The notes under the pieces: generated by a model | Database searches by the model: none | The model's input: the letters and a program-made list of their open reading frames with translations, nothing else | What the model was told of the DNA's origin: nothing | Program-made: the position numbers and the translations under genes | NCBI GenBank assembly: GCA_001179505.1 | Contig: CDMY01000117.1 | Span: 124,682-188,681 of the forward strand | DNA length: 64,000 bases | Direction: 5' to 3' | Origin: Vitrella brassicaformis CCMP3155 | Lineage: Eukaryota > Protista > Chromerida | Shown: one piece after another, positions 12,842-25,792 of the stretch | How positions within the stretch are numbered: the stretch's first letter is position 1 | Layout of the letters: the number at the start of each line of letters is the position of its first letter

Positions 12842-14257
12842 ATGGGTAATCACCATAGTGCGAACCGCCACAGTGCCACCATCGATGAGCACACGCTGGA
12901 TTTCCTCCACAAAGTCGACAGAGATGCTCTCCACACGTACGCAAACACACATCAGTGGACCCTCTTGGGTCTGTGTCTGTATGTGTGTGCTGTGTGCAAC
13001 CGGTCGGAGGTGGGCAGCCTCAGAGCCACGGCGCATTTCCTCTGGGAAGTCGACTTCTCGCCATACGTCCTCCGCAATCGACTCAATCGCTGCCTTGCGG
13101 CCAAGGGGCTGCATACCGTCGTCGGATTCGACGCTCTGCTGGACCGCCCTCTGCTGCTCAAGGCCATCTGGCTGGTGGACACGCAGCAGTGGAACGAGGT
13201 GGCCGATGCGCTGAAGTTGGCGGCTCAGCGCGGCTTCTGTCAGCTGCCCATGACACTGGCTGTGGCGGATCTGCAGCGTCACGATAGCAAACAGGTGGGC
13301 ATGATGACCGTGGGGTGAGATGGCTGGCACTCATCTGTTTGTGTGTGTTCCGTTGTGTTCGTGTAGGCGTATTTGGCCGATGTGCGTGTGATTGGCCTTT
13401 GGAAGATGGTCGGCAGACACGTCAACTTCGGCGGCCAGCGGGGCCATTTTGAGCTGTTCGACCAGCCGGGCGGCGGTGTGCGGGCGCTCCGTGACGAGCC
13501 TGGCTTCGAGCTGGACGTCAACCCGCCCCTCCCCGCCAACCACCCATACCACCCACACATCATCGATGACAACCCGCCCGTCAGATCACGAATCGGCAGA
13601 GAGGGGGCCAGCTGGACGGCCGGAGGTGCACGTGTGGTGGTCACGGATGCATCCGTGTCGTCCTTCATCATGCGGTTCATCACGAGGCCTCCAGAGCCGA
13701 ATCGGGGCGAAACCCCTTTGGCTAAGGTGGACCGGTACGCAGGACACACCACACACCACACTCAGACAGACAAGATATCCATCCATCCACGACCGCCTCT
13801 TCCCTCTGCTCTATGTTAGTCTCCTCAGGCATGCTCATGGCGGTGTGCTGGACGGCATCCTGAACCACTCTCCCCACCAGCCGCCCGACGGATGCACCGC
13901 AGTCATGGCGGGCAGGTGTGACGATAGTGATCCCCCTGTAGAGGCTCGGCGGCTGGTGCTGACGCCGTTCGACAGCCCATTCGTCGCATGTGTCGATATG
14001 TGTATCTTTTCCGACACACACATGGGTAAGAAAGGGGTCAGAGATCCTCTGGTGATGGAGCCGTCCTTTGACCACGTGTGCTGTTTTGCTGCATGCAGAG
14101 TTTTGTTTTTCTCGTCACCACCGAGCCGCCAGTGGGTGATCCATCGGATGTCTTCAAGGACCGCCGGCCCTCTTCCGCCCCTCTGGTGCGCGGCCTGGTG
14201 GGGGACGCCATCGCAGCCACGCTCGTCTACCAGACAGAGAAGGCAACTACGCAGTGA
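12842..14257 (+). CDS. Lineage-specific multi-exon protein, probably the same broad family as 2614-5134; possible N-myristoylation (MGNHHS)
   Basis: In-frame exons VGSLRATAHFLWEVDF..., RALRDEPGFELDVNPPLPANHPY and FLVTTEPPVGDPS...TTQ*. It shares the C-terminal TTEP motif with the 2614-5134 gene. Confidence 0.6.
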
Positions 14258-14779
14258 ATGTGGGTAACTGCTTCGCTTATCAGTCTCTCTGTGTTGGGTG
14301 TGTGTGCGCTGTGCAGGTGGACGAGGCGAGCTGACGTGACGTGACGTGACGTGTGTGGTGGAAAGGACTGTTGAAATAGGGAGGATATGGGCAGGTGTGT
14401 AGATTCGCATATGACCGACTGACCGATGGATGGGTGGACGTCGACTTCATCCGTGCCGTGCACACACCACACGTGTGGGAGAGTGCCAATTGGACCACTG
14501 TCTGTGGTGGGTTGCATGACATGACGGCGTGTGCAGTGAGGGTGGGGTCGAGGGGTACGGTATGGTATGGTAGCTGCATGGGGCATTCACTTGTGGATGG
14601 ACGGACGGGTACATGTCGATGCATCGACGGACACTTACTACTTCATGTGTGTGTACAGTCAATTCAACCATTCATCGCATAACAAGAGAATCCGTGTACA
14701 CTGGCGAGTCTTTTGCACACATCAAATTGATATCAGAATCGCCGGCAGCGAGTGTGCAGGTACACCATGTGTGTGCCCA

Positions 14780-17700
14780 CTACATGATGGCGTCTTGTAG
14801 GTCTTGGTTGTCGGCTTGCGGGCCGTTCTGCTCCTCGCCTGCCTCCTCGAACTCCATGCGAGCCACGCACGAGCCAGCAGGGGTGCCATACACACCTGCC
14901 ATCCATCCATCCATCCATCCCCACCTCCACACACTGGGCCCCTGCTGGGGAGGAAAAGGTCTCATTTCTCCCCTCCCTTTCCCCTCCCCTACCGATGATC
15001 ACTTTGGCCTGTTCGTACATGTGGGGTCTGTGCGTGATGACGACGAGCTGGAGCTGCTTGAGTGTCTCGGCCTGCTGGAACAGAGTGCACAGCCGGCCCA
15101 CAGCCACGCTGTCCATGCTCGCATCTACCCAATTGACCAATTGACAAGACACAGACAGCCGTCGATGCGATGCACGTGTTCGTACGAGTGCGTACGTGTG
15201 AGTGCATTGTTACCTACCGAGTTCGTCACAGAAGAGGGAGGGGATGGGTGCAGGCCCGAGGATGGAACACGCCAGCGACAGACACGCAATGGCCTGGCTC
15301 TGCTGACCTGCACACAGCCACACTCACGGAGGGAGCCACCCTTGTGTCTGTCTGTTGTCCATTGTTGTTGCTGTCGTATTTTTGTGTGTCTGGCTTGCCC
15401 ATGGAGAGTCGCGGGAGTGCACGCCAGGGGCCGTTGGCCTCGGGCTTGACCTGCATTGGAGCCGAAACACACATGTGGAGAGGAGACACGGCGGTTGGTG
15501 TTATGCCATCAATGTGTCGTGGCCTGTCTCACCATGATTTGTACGCCGTGTGCGTTGAGGAGGAACGCATCGCTCGAATACTCTATCAGCACCCTGCCGC
15601 CCTGGTTGTTCACCACCTGACACGCACAGAAAACAACTCCATCCATCCATCCATCCAGCCACAGGTACCTTATAGAAAGATTGTATAGTGTCGTTGAGGC
15701 TGCTGAGAAACTGCACGAGCTGTGTGTGTCGCTGGTCGGCCATCGCCTGCCGCTCCGCCGTCTTGTGCTCGATCCGCTGCTGCAGGCTCTCCATGCGCTC
15801 GCTCACGATGGCCATCTCATGCTTGGTCGAGAAGAATCCCCCGAGGGCCTGATCGATCGATGTCAAGGGACGTCATAAAATGCATGACATGGATGTGTGT
15901 GGCTGTGTGAGAGAGATGGATGGTACGTCACAGTCGAGTCCGTCACGAGCCTTCGCCAGTGCCTGGATGGTGGGACACAGACAGGAAAGTGATCCATGGT
16001 ATTGTGTGTGTGACACTGTGTGCATGTGTGTATCAGTCAGCTCACGATGGTGTCCTCTTGTATCGTGTCTTGGTCAATATGCTCCTCTTCCTCCTCCTCC
16101 TCCTCTTCCATGTCGTCTTGTTCGTCATCACGCTCTACATCGCCGCCATCGGCTTCATCGCCCTCGCCACCCCTGAACACACAGACAGAATTAGGATGGA
16201 TCTCTCCCTCCCTCTCCCTCCCGTACCTTGCCGCACACCAGTCCTCAGGGTCGCCTTCGAGGCCGTTGTCCTTCGCCTGCAAAGAAAGGAGAGAGGGATG
16301 AAAGGATGCTGTAGAGAACCAGCCGGCTGGGCTGGTCGTCAATGTCTGTGCTCACTCACAATTGCGATGAATGTGGATCTGTTCATCTTGGCGTGTCTCA
16401 GCTTCTTGAGCCGTGTCGTCAGTGTCTCCCTCTCCTCTGCCAGCGCCGCACTCTCGGCCTCACTCTTGGCGATCTTCTTGCGAAGCGAGGCCAGCTGCGA
16501 CTTGGCCTTGTCGGCCTTGGTGGCCAGGTCGTCATGGCGCTTCTCCATCGACGACAGCTCACGTGTGAGGGAGCTCTTGAGACATGACGCATCCTGTGGG
16601 CACGGGCAGGGAGGTGAGGCGGGTGGGATGGGGCGGCAGTGTGTGAACTCTTGTGGTGTGAATGCATTCACCCACCTGTATGCCGTTGCACATGTCCTGG
16701 ATATCTGTGTTGAGTTTGTCCAGGTCGACATTCAGGTTGGGACCCCCACTCGAGGCCGATACCTGACACACAGACATTGATGCGCAGGGGTGGTAGGTTA
16801 GATCAGGTTGCCTCAAGCTGACCTTCTGTTTGAGCGATTCGAAGGATGTTTGCAGCAGCCGCGTGCGGTCCTCCAGCCTGTGTTGCTGTTCCTCTATCGA
16901 CTCGAGCTCAGCCAGATGGGTGGCGTACTCCGCCAGATGACCCTCACCCCTCTGGTGCAGAGACTACCGGAGGATGGATGCGCAGTCGACAGACAGGCAG
17001 ACAGACAGACCTTTCAAATTGTTGGGTGCCTCGGAGGGCAGCTCCATGCCCACCTGCGGCAGCCTCTGTTTGGCCTCATCGATGGATTTGGTTGCGTCAT
17101 TCCTGACCACAGACATACAGGGGAGGGAGATGTGCTCACTGCCTGTCTCTGCCTGTGGGTGTTGGCTTACACGAGCTGCATCTGCTGCTGTGTTTGTTTC
17201 TTCTGTGCGTTGAGCGAGGACACCAGGCCGCGCTTCTGCCGCACCAGCGACTGCATACATCGACAGAGAGGGACGTCGGAGACAAATATGCAAAGGCGCA
17301 ATGGATAGAGCCATCAGTGCTGCTTGGTATGTTGTGTGTGCGGTGTAAGTACATCGATCTGTCTCTGCAGGGCACTTCGCTTCTGCGAGAGCTCCTCAAG
17401 ACCTGCACACACACACACACACACACACATGCAGAAAGAGCATATGGCGCAAAGAGCAGCACCACGCACCAACCATATGCCGTACCTCTGATTCTGTCCA
17501 TGAGTGTGCTGCGTTGGTCTCTGACATCCGCCAGCGCCTTCTTGACCTTCTGCATCTCCTCCTGCTGCTGGTGGTGGCCGGCCCCCTTGTCGTCCACACG
17601 CGGCCGCTTCTTGTCACCATCAGCCGATGCTGCTGATGCATTCTCCGCCACTCGCAGCAGCCTATGCGATGCGCCGCTGCCAGGACGACCACAAGCCATG

Positions 17701-20700
17701 ATCTCACCGTCACCTGTGTGAATGCGGACAAAAGGAGAAGGCTGGAGGAGTCGGTGACGGTTCGTGTGGTGCATTGGTTGTCTGCGTGCCTCTGAATATC
17801 TCGTTGTCGCGAGTGATGAAGTTCTTGCCACGAAACGTCTTCTGCAGCACGAGGGCGTCATCCACGGACTCCACCAGATACCTGAGCACATCCATCCACA
17901 CAGGCACTGGCTGCTGCTGCTGCTGCTGCTGCTGCGTGAAGCCTGCCTTGCCTCCATGCGTACCAGTTGTTGACGAGCGATGACCAGATGGGTGTGAGGT
18001 CAGGCGACTCGACGTCGATAAACGTCATCAGCGGTGTGGCGGTGGCGTTGTTGTGTGTGAGGGGGTGGGGTGCGGCAGTCTCGCTGCGGTACTCGTCAAG
18101 GATAACACACTTGACCTGGCCCAGCTGATGGCGGAAACGGACAAAGGCCAGTTAGGGTTGGTGTGGGTTGCCCCCTGCCTGTCCGTCTGTGTGTCAGCTT
18201 GCCTTGTTCTGTTGGAAGTGCTTGACCACTGCGATGGCCGTGTTGCGTTGCCGGACAACCACACAATGCCTCAGAGGCCAACTGATGACCTGACAAGGGA
18301 GGAGGGAGAGGGAGACATGCGCTAGTGCGATAGGTACGGGTGTCCTGTGGATGTCATTTGACCCGACCGATTCGATCACGGAGGCCACGGACGCGTCGTT
18401 GCAGGCACCTGACACAGCACAGACAAGCTAGGACACTTTTTTGCCATCACCCATTTCATATATTCGGACCCGTATCCCGTAGAGGTCCGATGAAGGCGTT
18501 GCATAGTGTCCCCCTGAGCTGCTTGACACCCTCCTCCCACTTGCCACACATTGCGCCCGCACTCCCAGCACCATGGGCTGCAACATGGCCCTCGAGCTGT
18601 TTGAGGCGCGCCTCAAGATTGACCATCTGCTGGCTGCTCTCGTCGTACTGCCGTCGCACAGACCGCAGCTGCGACTCCTCGCACTCCTTCATCCCATCTG
18701 ACCATCATCAACGTGCCCATGGTCTGTGGCAGCCTCGGCTTTGTTCGTGTAGGATGGGCAAACCGACCCGCTGAGAGCTGTGCATTGGCTTTTTCCTCCT
18801 TCTTGGCCACATCCTGGATCTGCTGCTCGATGTGCGAGCACTCAGCCTCACTCGATTGCACCTCCGACTCGTACTGCATCCATCGATACAGGGCACAGAG
18901 GGGACAGATGGATGGGTGCTGGCGTGTTGTGGCGATCTGTGATGCAATGACCTGTCGTTTCCGTTTGATGGCGTCGAGGTAGGCAGACACGGCCTCGCTG
19001 GGCGGCCCGTCGCCGATGTCTAACCGACCCGCCTGACAAAGGGATGGTGGATGGGGCAGGGCAGCACACATAGGCATTCTCGTGATTTCACGCCACCCAC
19101 CCATCCAAACTTACCAGTGTGTTGATGTTCGTTTGTGTGTGCTTGTATTTCTGTTGGCAGTCCTTGAGCTGCTTCTTGCAGTCTTGCAGCTCCTTCGACT
19201 TGGACTTGTAGAGCTCCTTTGCCCTCTTGACCTGAAACAGACACAGACACGGATGCATCCATCGTGGTGTAGGTCTCTATGTCTGGCTGTATGGCTACTG
19301 GGCACCTCCTTCTCGTGTGCCTCGTGCTGTGCCTCGTGCTCGTACAGTGTGTCCTTCTTTACACGCAGATCTGATGCATGGATGGATGGATGAGAACAGC
19401 AAATCGATGGAGACCTTCCCTCCCCTCTGTCTAATGTCTTGCCTTGCTGGAGCTTCTTGACTCTGTTGTCAGCTTGTTTGAGGGCCTTCTCCTTCTCCAC
19501 CCTCTGATAAACACGCAAACAAGCCAACGGTTTCCTCTGTCCGTGCCTGTTTGCCTTTGTGTGCATGGATGTCTGGCCCCTCTCCTCTGCTCGCGCCTCA
19601 CCTCCTTGTCGAGCTCCTGCAGTGCCTTGCGCTGCGTCTCATACAGATCCTGACCAATCGACATACACACGTGACGCGCTATGTGTGTGTGTGTCATCGG
19701 ATGTGCACGTCGCTTCCCGCACCGTGGCAGCCTCCTCCTTGTCTTTTGATGTCTCCAGCACACTCTGACACTGCGCCGCCCTCTCAGCACAGCTGGTGCT
19801 CTGCTCCGTCGCGGCACGCAGCAGGCGAGCAATGAGCCTCGTGTACATGTGGTGCAGCCTGACGGCGTCTTGGTAGACAGGCTTGAGTGTCTCCATCTGG
19901 TCAGTGAGCCGGCGGGACTCCTGGCCGGCCTCGTGCGCCTCGCTCGACAGCCTCTCCACCTCCTCACTCTGCAGCATGCCGCACGATAGATGCAGCAGCG
20001 GCTGTCCAATGTCTGTGTGGGGGCCTGCAGGGTGCATTCGCGTACCATTGCCTCTATCTTCTCCATGAGCTCCTCTGTCCGTGCGATTCGCTCGACAAAC
20101 TTGAGCAGAGCATGAGGACCCGACAACACCTGAAGCAACACACATCATGGAGCTGTGTAGAACTCACTTCCATGCCCACCCATTCCCCCCCGCCCTTGTC
20201 CTTGCCCACCTGTGCGATTCTGTTCTTCTGTGAGATTGCGAGCCGATCGATGCTGTGGATGTCGAAGCCCAGCTCAGCAAGGGCCGACATGTACTCCTCC
20301 TTCTTGCACACCTGCAAGATCCCACAACAAGTGCAGAGGAAACGCCACACACACTGCACACGGGCGTGGCGTGCCCTCGCATCTCACATTGTCCGCGGCA
20401 GCCTGCAGCAGCTCGGCCGGCGACACCTTCTCCCCCTCCCCATCAGCCTTCTTGCGCATCATCATGTAGTCACTCTTGGCGTCCTTTGTCGTCAGCTTCA
20501 CCCGACGCCCCGCCAATACGATGTCACAACTGCAAAACACAAAAACACACACACAGGAGAAGGGAACAATATGCACATGGCTCATGTTTCCCCACCTACA
20601 TACCAGACCCACCATCCACCCACCCGCTCTGCAGAGTGATGCCGACGAACGCCGATGCCTTCTGCTGCTGCTGGCGACGGTTGTCATTGACGTACGACGC

Positions 20701-20945
20701 CAGGTTGCCGCGAAGACTCTCCCTGCACCCAGCAGCATTGCATATGGTTAGTGTCGCGCAGTCAGTGCCTTCCATCCTAAGTACTTGTTGGACACGCCGA
20801 GGCAGAACTGCAGTGCGTCGAGGATGGCCGACTTGCCGGATCCATTCGGACCTATCACAGAGGTGAAGCGCGAGTCGAGCTCAATCTCGACTGGGCGGGA
20901 GAAGGACTTGAACGCCTCGCAATATATGGTCGTGATCTTCCACAT
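14780..20945 (-). CDS. smc: Structural maintenance of chromosomes (SMC) ATPase, divergent, most SMC1-like
   Basis: N-head EAFKSFSRP...IGPNGSGKSAILDALQFCLG (Walker A) and Q-loop region LAISQKN. Long coiled coils and a hinge-like segment (CVVVRQRNTAIAVVKHF; NFITRDNEIF). C-head LSMGQ...LFCDELDASMD (signature, Walker B, D-loop) and VVITHR (H-loop). Subtype is uncertain. Confidence 0.88.
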
Positions 20946-21121
20946 TATGACTCCTTGGATGGAGGCGCCACCAGTAAATCCATGCGCCGAGACTGGGGGT
21001 GGTGGGGGCTTCTCTTTCTCGTCTTCCCGCGCCGCGTTGTGGGGGAAGGGTTCGGCGAGCTTAGCGGTGGAGCTGAGCGAGTCCACAGGAGTAGAAGGCT
21101 GATGGCTTGACACCACTGGCA

Positions 21122-22696
21122 ATGCCGGGTGCTACGTTACCATCAGCCGTTGACAGGCTGCACCAGTGCCTCAACACCCTCCAGAAGAATGTCCACCCTT
21201 GCCCCCTCGACGCCCTTCCCCTCGACGGCATAGCCAAGAGGGAAGGCAAGCTCACTGACGCCCACCTGCAGCGACTGGCTGACGCACTCGCCCGTTCCAC
21301 CACCTTCCACGGCTTTGTGGACCTCTCCAACAACCTTGTAACGGACCAAGGCCTCGTGACATTCGCGGCTTCATTGCTCGCCTCCCCCAGTTCCCCGCTG
21401 ACCGGCCTGTCGCTGTGCGGCAACCCCGTGGGCGACAGAGGTGCCCAGGCTGTGGCGCAGCTCCTCGCCCGCCACCCGTCATTCACGAGTATCGACTTCT
21501 CGCGCACTTGTGTGGGCGATGACGGCACGGCCGCCCTTGCTAACGCGGCGCGGCTCAACGGTCACGTTCGTGAGTTCAGGGCGGCTCGCGTGGGCCATCA
21601 CGGCCTCCAGTATATCCTGCAGATGGCGCAGAAGCTCCGTTCACTGACCTCTTTGGAGTTCACGCCAATCGACCAGGTGACGACTCTGCGGTTCAGGACG
21701 TCGCTTGAGGATGGTGACTTTGACGTGTCTGACTATGTGGCGCCGAGGGAGGCCGGCGAAGAGGAGGAGCCGGCGGCCGCTGCGCCACAGGGAGGGGGAG
21801 ACGAGGAGGACGAAGAGGGCGCTGCAGAGAGGAGACCGAAGTGGCCGCCCGAAGGCATTCATGCCGATGACGACTCTGTCGGAGAGGAGACTGCTGGCGG
21901 CACTGTCGCGAACGGTGTGGACCTGACCCTCACAGTGCAGTCTCTGCGGCTGCTGGACATCAGGGGCGACGGCCATACTCTCAAGCTGCCCATAGGACCC
22001 GACAGCCGCAAAACGGCCTTCACGCCCGCCTATGAGGCGCTGTTGAAGCAGCTCGTCAAGTCGCTCGAAGGCCATAGGAAACTGACGGATGTGCGGTGCG
22101 GGGTCGGTGAGGGAGAGGGGGAGGAGGGAGAGGGAGAGGGAGGGGTGCCGGATTGGCTGAGGAACGACCTGGCCAATGTGTGTCACGAGCACGAAGCTGC
22201 TCTGAGGTCGGATGCGGCCGAACATGCCAAGAGACACCACAGGAGCCCTCTCAAGTACGCCGAGCGAGTCGCCACAGAGCTCGACAAAGGCAAAGGTACA
22301 CACGACACACACACCAGAAGATGATAAAATGCCCAGACAGGTGACCATGCGCATGGCATGTCTCTTATCTGTGTGTGCAGCTCCTGAGAGCAAGAGTGTG
22401 CTGCCGATGCGCTCTTATGTCGACCGTTCGCTGAATGCGCTGCTGAGCGACGCCTTGTTTGAGCTGCAGCGGCACAAGAGTAAGGGCAACGAGGCCGTCA
22501 GCGACGCCAAGGGTACGCCCAAAGACCCACAGCAGGCAGCAGAGTGGCGGGGGGTGAATGGATGGATGTGGGTGGGGTTCATCTTTGTGTGTGTCTTGTG
22601 CGTGCCGTTTCTTTGTCAGGCGAGTTGGCGTTCATCTCCTTATTCATGCAGAGGAAGATCAACAACACCAAGAGGCTCTTCGACACGACTCAATGA
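21122..22696 (+). CDS. RNI-like leucine-rich repeat protein with a C-terminal Dpy-30-like dimerisation motif
   Basis: Repeats VDLSNNLVTDQGLVTFAASL, LSLCGNPVGDRGAQAVAQLL and IDFSRTCVGDDGTAALANA. Spliced C-terminus LPMRSYVDRSLNALLSDALFEL...GELAFISLFMQRK resembles Dpy-30 (LPxRxYLDxTVxPxLLxGL...PIEFLAxYL). Confidence 0.75.
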
Positions 22697-22854
22697 ATGA
22701 ATGAATGAATGGCTCTTGAGTGGTTGGGGGGCGTGTGCAGGGGTATGTGGGTGTGGTGTGGGAGGTGGGAGAAAGGGAATTTCCTCCTTAATTGTCTCTT
22801 GTGTGATCTCATGTGAACGGGTTTCCTCAAGTCTCCTTTCTTATTGTCTGTCAC

Positions 22855-25760
22855 TCACGTGTCTAATCTGACAGAAAGCACCCCATCCTGCTGTCCGTCG
22901 ACTGTCGGCATGCATATGTCCCCCTCCCCCAGCTCCTCAAGTGCATCCCTCACCTCACGCCCCAGCACACTCTCACTGCGGGACCGCACCGACTTCCTCA
23001 CCAGACCACAGACGAAATGCACCACCACACCACCACCCCTCTCCCGCACTCTGTCAATGTGACCCCTCACGACAGACAGTGAACCCCCTTCCCCTTCCCC
23101 CGCCCCATCATCGGCGTCATTTCCGGGCTGCCACCCCGCACTGATCCGCCTCACCACCCACTTGGCCGTCTCCCTCGCAAATGGCACCGCGACCTCCCGC
23201 AGGTCGATGGCCATCTCCCTCTGCCGCTCATCCACATGAGCCGACACAGAAACGGTGAAGACACCCCCCTGCAGCGTCATGCTGTCGCGCCACAGCTGCT
23301 GCGTCGTCACTTCGGTGCTGCGTGCTTCGGGCAGGGAGGCCGTCAGTATGGCATAGCCGCGGCGGGTGAGGGGGACGCCTCGCTGTCGGGCTGTCTTTGC
23401 CACGTCCAGTGCGAGTTGCGACTCATCGACCAGACAGAGGCCAATGGCGGCGGCGCTGTAGGCCATCTGAATGGGTGGCTCGGCAGACAGAGCAGGCGAT
23501 TGTGTTGTGTTGGGTGCTTGTGTGTGTGAGAGGACAAGTGGACGTACCCTTAGCAAGGGGGGTCGCTCAGCGTCGCTGATGTGGGCGTCGGCGTCGATGC
23601 GCCCCACCGTCTCCGCCAGTACTTGGCGGACCAGGGACGCCCTCTGTGTGCGGTCATCAGAGGTCTCGGGCAGCATGTCCCCGCCCATGGCCATTCTTCT
23701 CAAGAGCTGCACGTATAGATGGGGTCGCCACTTGGCCGGTGACGGGCTCTGCTGAAGCAACTGCCATGACTGAACCGAACCCGCCACACAGACAGACAGA
23801 GACGAAAAGGCTAATGCGATGATGCGGATACAGTCGTATGTTTTCCTGCATTAACTAGATGCACTGCACCCACTTACCTCTTCTGGCGACAGCGCCACGT
23901 CCATGGCCGCCATCAAAAGGCGCTCGCCCCCCTCCCCCCTCTCCCCAGTTGCCTCCCTGACAGCTCTTCTGGCCAGCTCTTCCGCTGCTGTGGCCAGCCC
24001 CACCGCATCATAGGCTCTGATGACCTCGCCAACATGAGCACCATACACCAGAAAGAACCCCTCCTTCTCAGCCACATGGCTCTTGAGCTGCTGGAATAGC
24101 TCAATGCACATGGCATTTTGTTTGCTGCTGCGGGCCTTCTCCAGCACCATCAGCCATTCGGAGGTTGTGAGGCGGTTCAGCTGGGCGGGCGAGTCGAGAA
24201 GGGAATGCAGGAGGCGGCCGACGGTTGCTGGGCGGACGGTGTGTCGGAGTGCACGGATGGGGGATGACCGGGCGGCTTCCATGGTGGCGGCGTGTTTCTT
24301 GATGTGATAGCTGAAGTCGGTCAGCTGTGAGGGGCCCCAATGCTGTCCATCGACCATCTTCCGCTGCAGTCGGGCCCTCCACTCGTCAATCAGGTCGTCA
24401 GGGCATCCTTTCAACGCCTCAGCAAACTCACCAGCAGGATCCAGCAGATCTGTAGCAGGCAGGCAGGCACAAACAACATCATGGAATGGCCACCCACGCG
24501 GCCATGCATTCGATGTGATGTGATGTGCTTACTTGCAGCCAATTGGAGCTTCGATGCCTCCCCGCTCCTCTCACACGCGCCGACAACCGCCGCCACCATG
24601 GCTGGCGTCACTCCCGAACCACCCAGCGCCCCTCTGGCATCATCCAGCCACCTCAGAGCCATGCCGGCAGGGTCCACTGGTGCCTGTGAGCGATCGAACG
24701 CAGAGGGCTGCACGACCAGGGAGGAGTTGCCGGCACCGTCTGTCGTGGACGGTGGCAGCGGATGCGCAGACATGTCCTCCAGGAGGTCAAGGAATGTCCC
24801 CCAGCAGGCCGCCACGAGGGAGAGGGGCGACCTGGACAGGTGGATTCGCACATCGGTGTCGTCAGATAGTGATGTGGGTGCTCTTGATAAGAGCGATGGG
24901 GGGCGTTTCTCGACAGATCGCTTCAGCCTCTGCCCAAGGTAAAGGGAGATGCGATGACTGACTGACTGACCGATTGACTGCTTATTTATTGACGGGCTGG
25001 CTCACTTGCATGAGGCCTTCAGCGTCTTGCCAGCGGTAGAGGAGCCGGTAAGCATACAGGGCGTACAGGCACATCAACAGAGCTGGACACACACCACACA
25101 CCACACATCAGCGAGTGATCCCGAGGCAGCCTAGCCACAGGCAGTGTCCCACCATTCTCATTGAGCGGTGCCGTCTCGTCATCTCCCTCCAGCACTCCCT
25201 CGGCAGCTTCTCGCAACACCTCTAGTGCGTCCTCAGGCAGAGAGGTGGCAGTTCGCGACGCCGACGCCGATCGCAGAAGGGCTCCCGACACCAACAGGGA
25301 GGCCTCTATGTCGACGGGGTAGGGTGCACTCTTGCCGTCTCGGTAGAGATCTAACGCAAAGGCACCCCTAAAGGACGGACGCACCCACACACGCGCATTC
25401 AACCAGGCTGTCTGGCAGGCAGGCAGACGTACTTGTCCAGTTTGGCTGCGGCGGCGATGGCAAGCCTGAATGCATGGTCATCGTTGAAGGCCACCCCCTG
25501 CCACTGCGCCAGCCGCCATACCATGATGACCTGCTCCATCGCACCCACACGATAGCATTCCCTCATGACGCGGAGCGCCTCGCCGCTTGTTAACACCAAC
25601 GAGGGGCCGATCGTCTGCGGCTTGTTTGCGGTGGTTGCCCTTGTCTTGTCTTTGTGCCATGGGAGGACAGTGACATCTGGGGGAGCCATGCAGGCCTTTG
25701 TGAGCCGACTGACGAGGGAGGCAGCCTCATCGCTGTCATCCACGCGCTTCAAAGCCTGAA

Positions 25761-25792
<32 letters not shown>

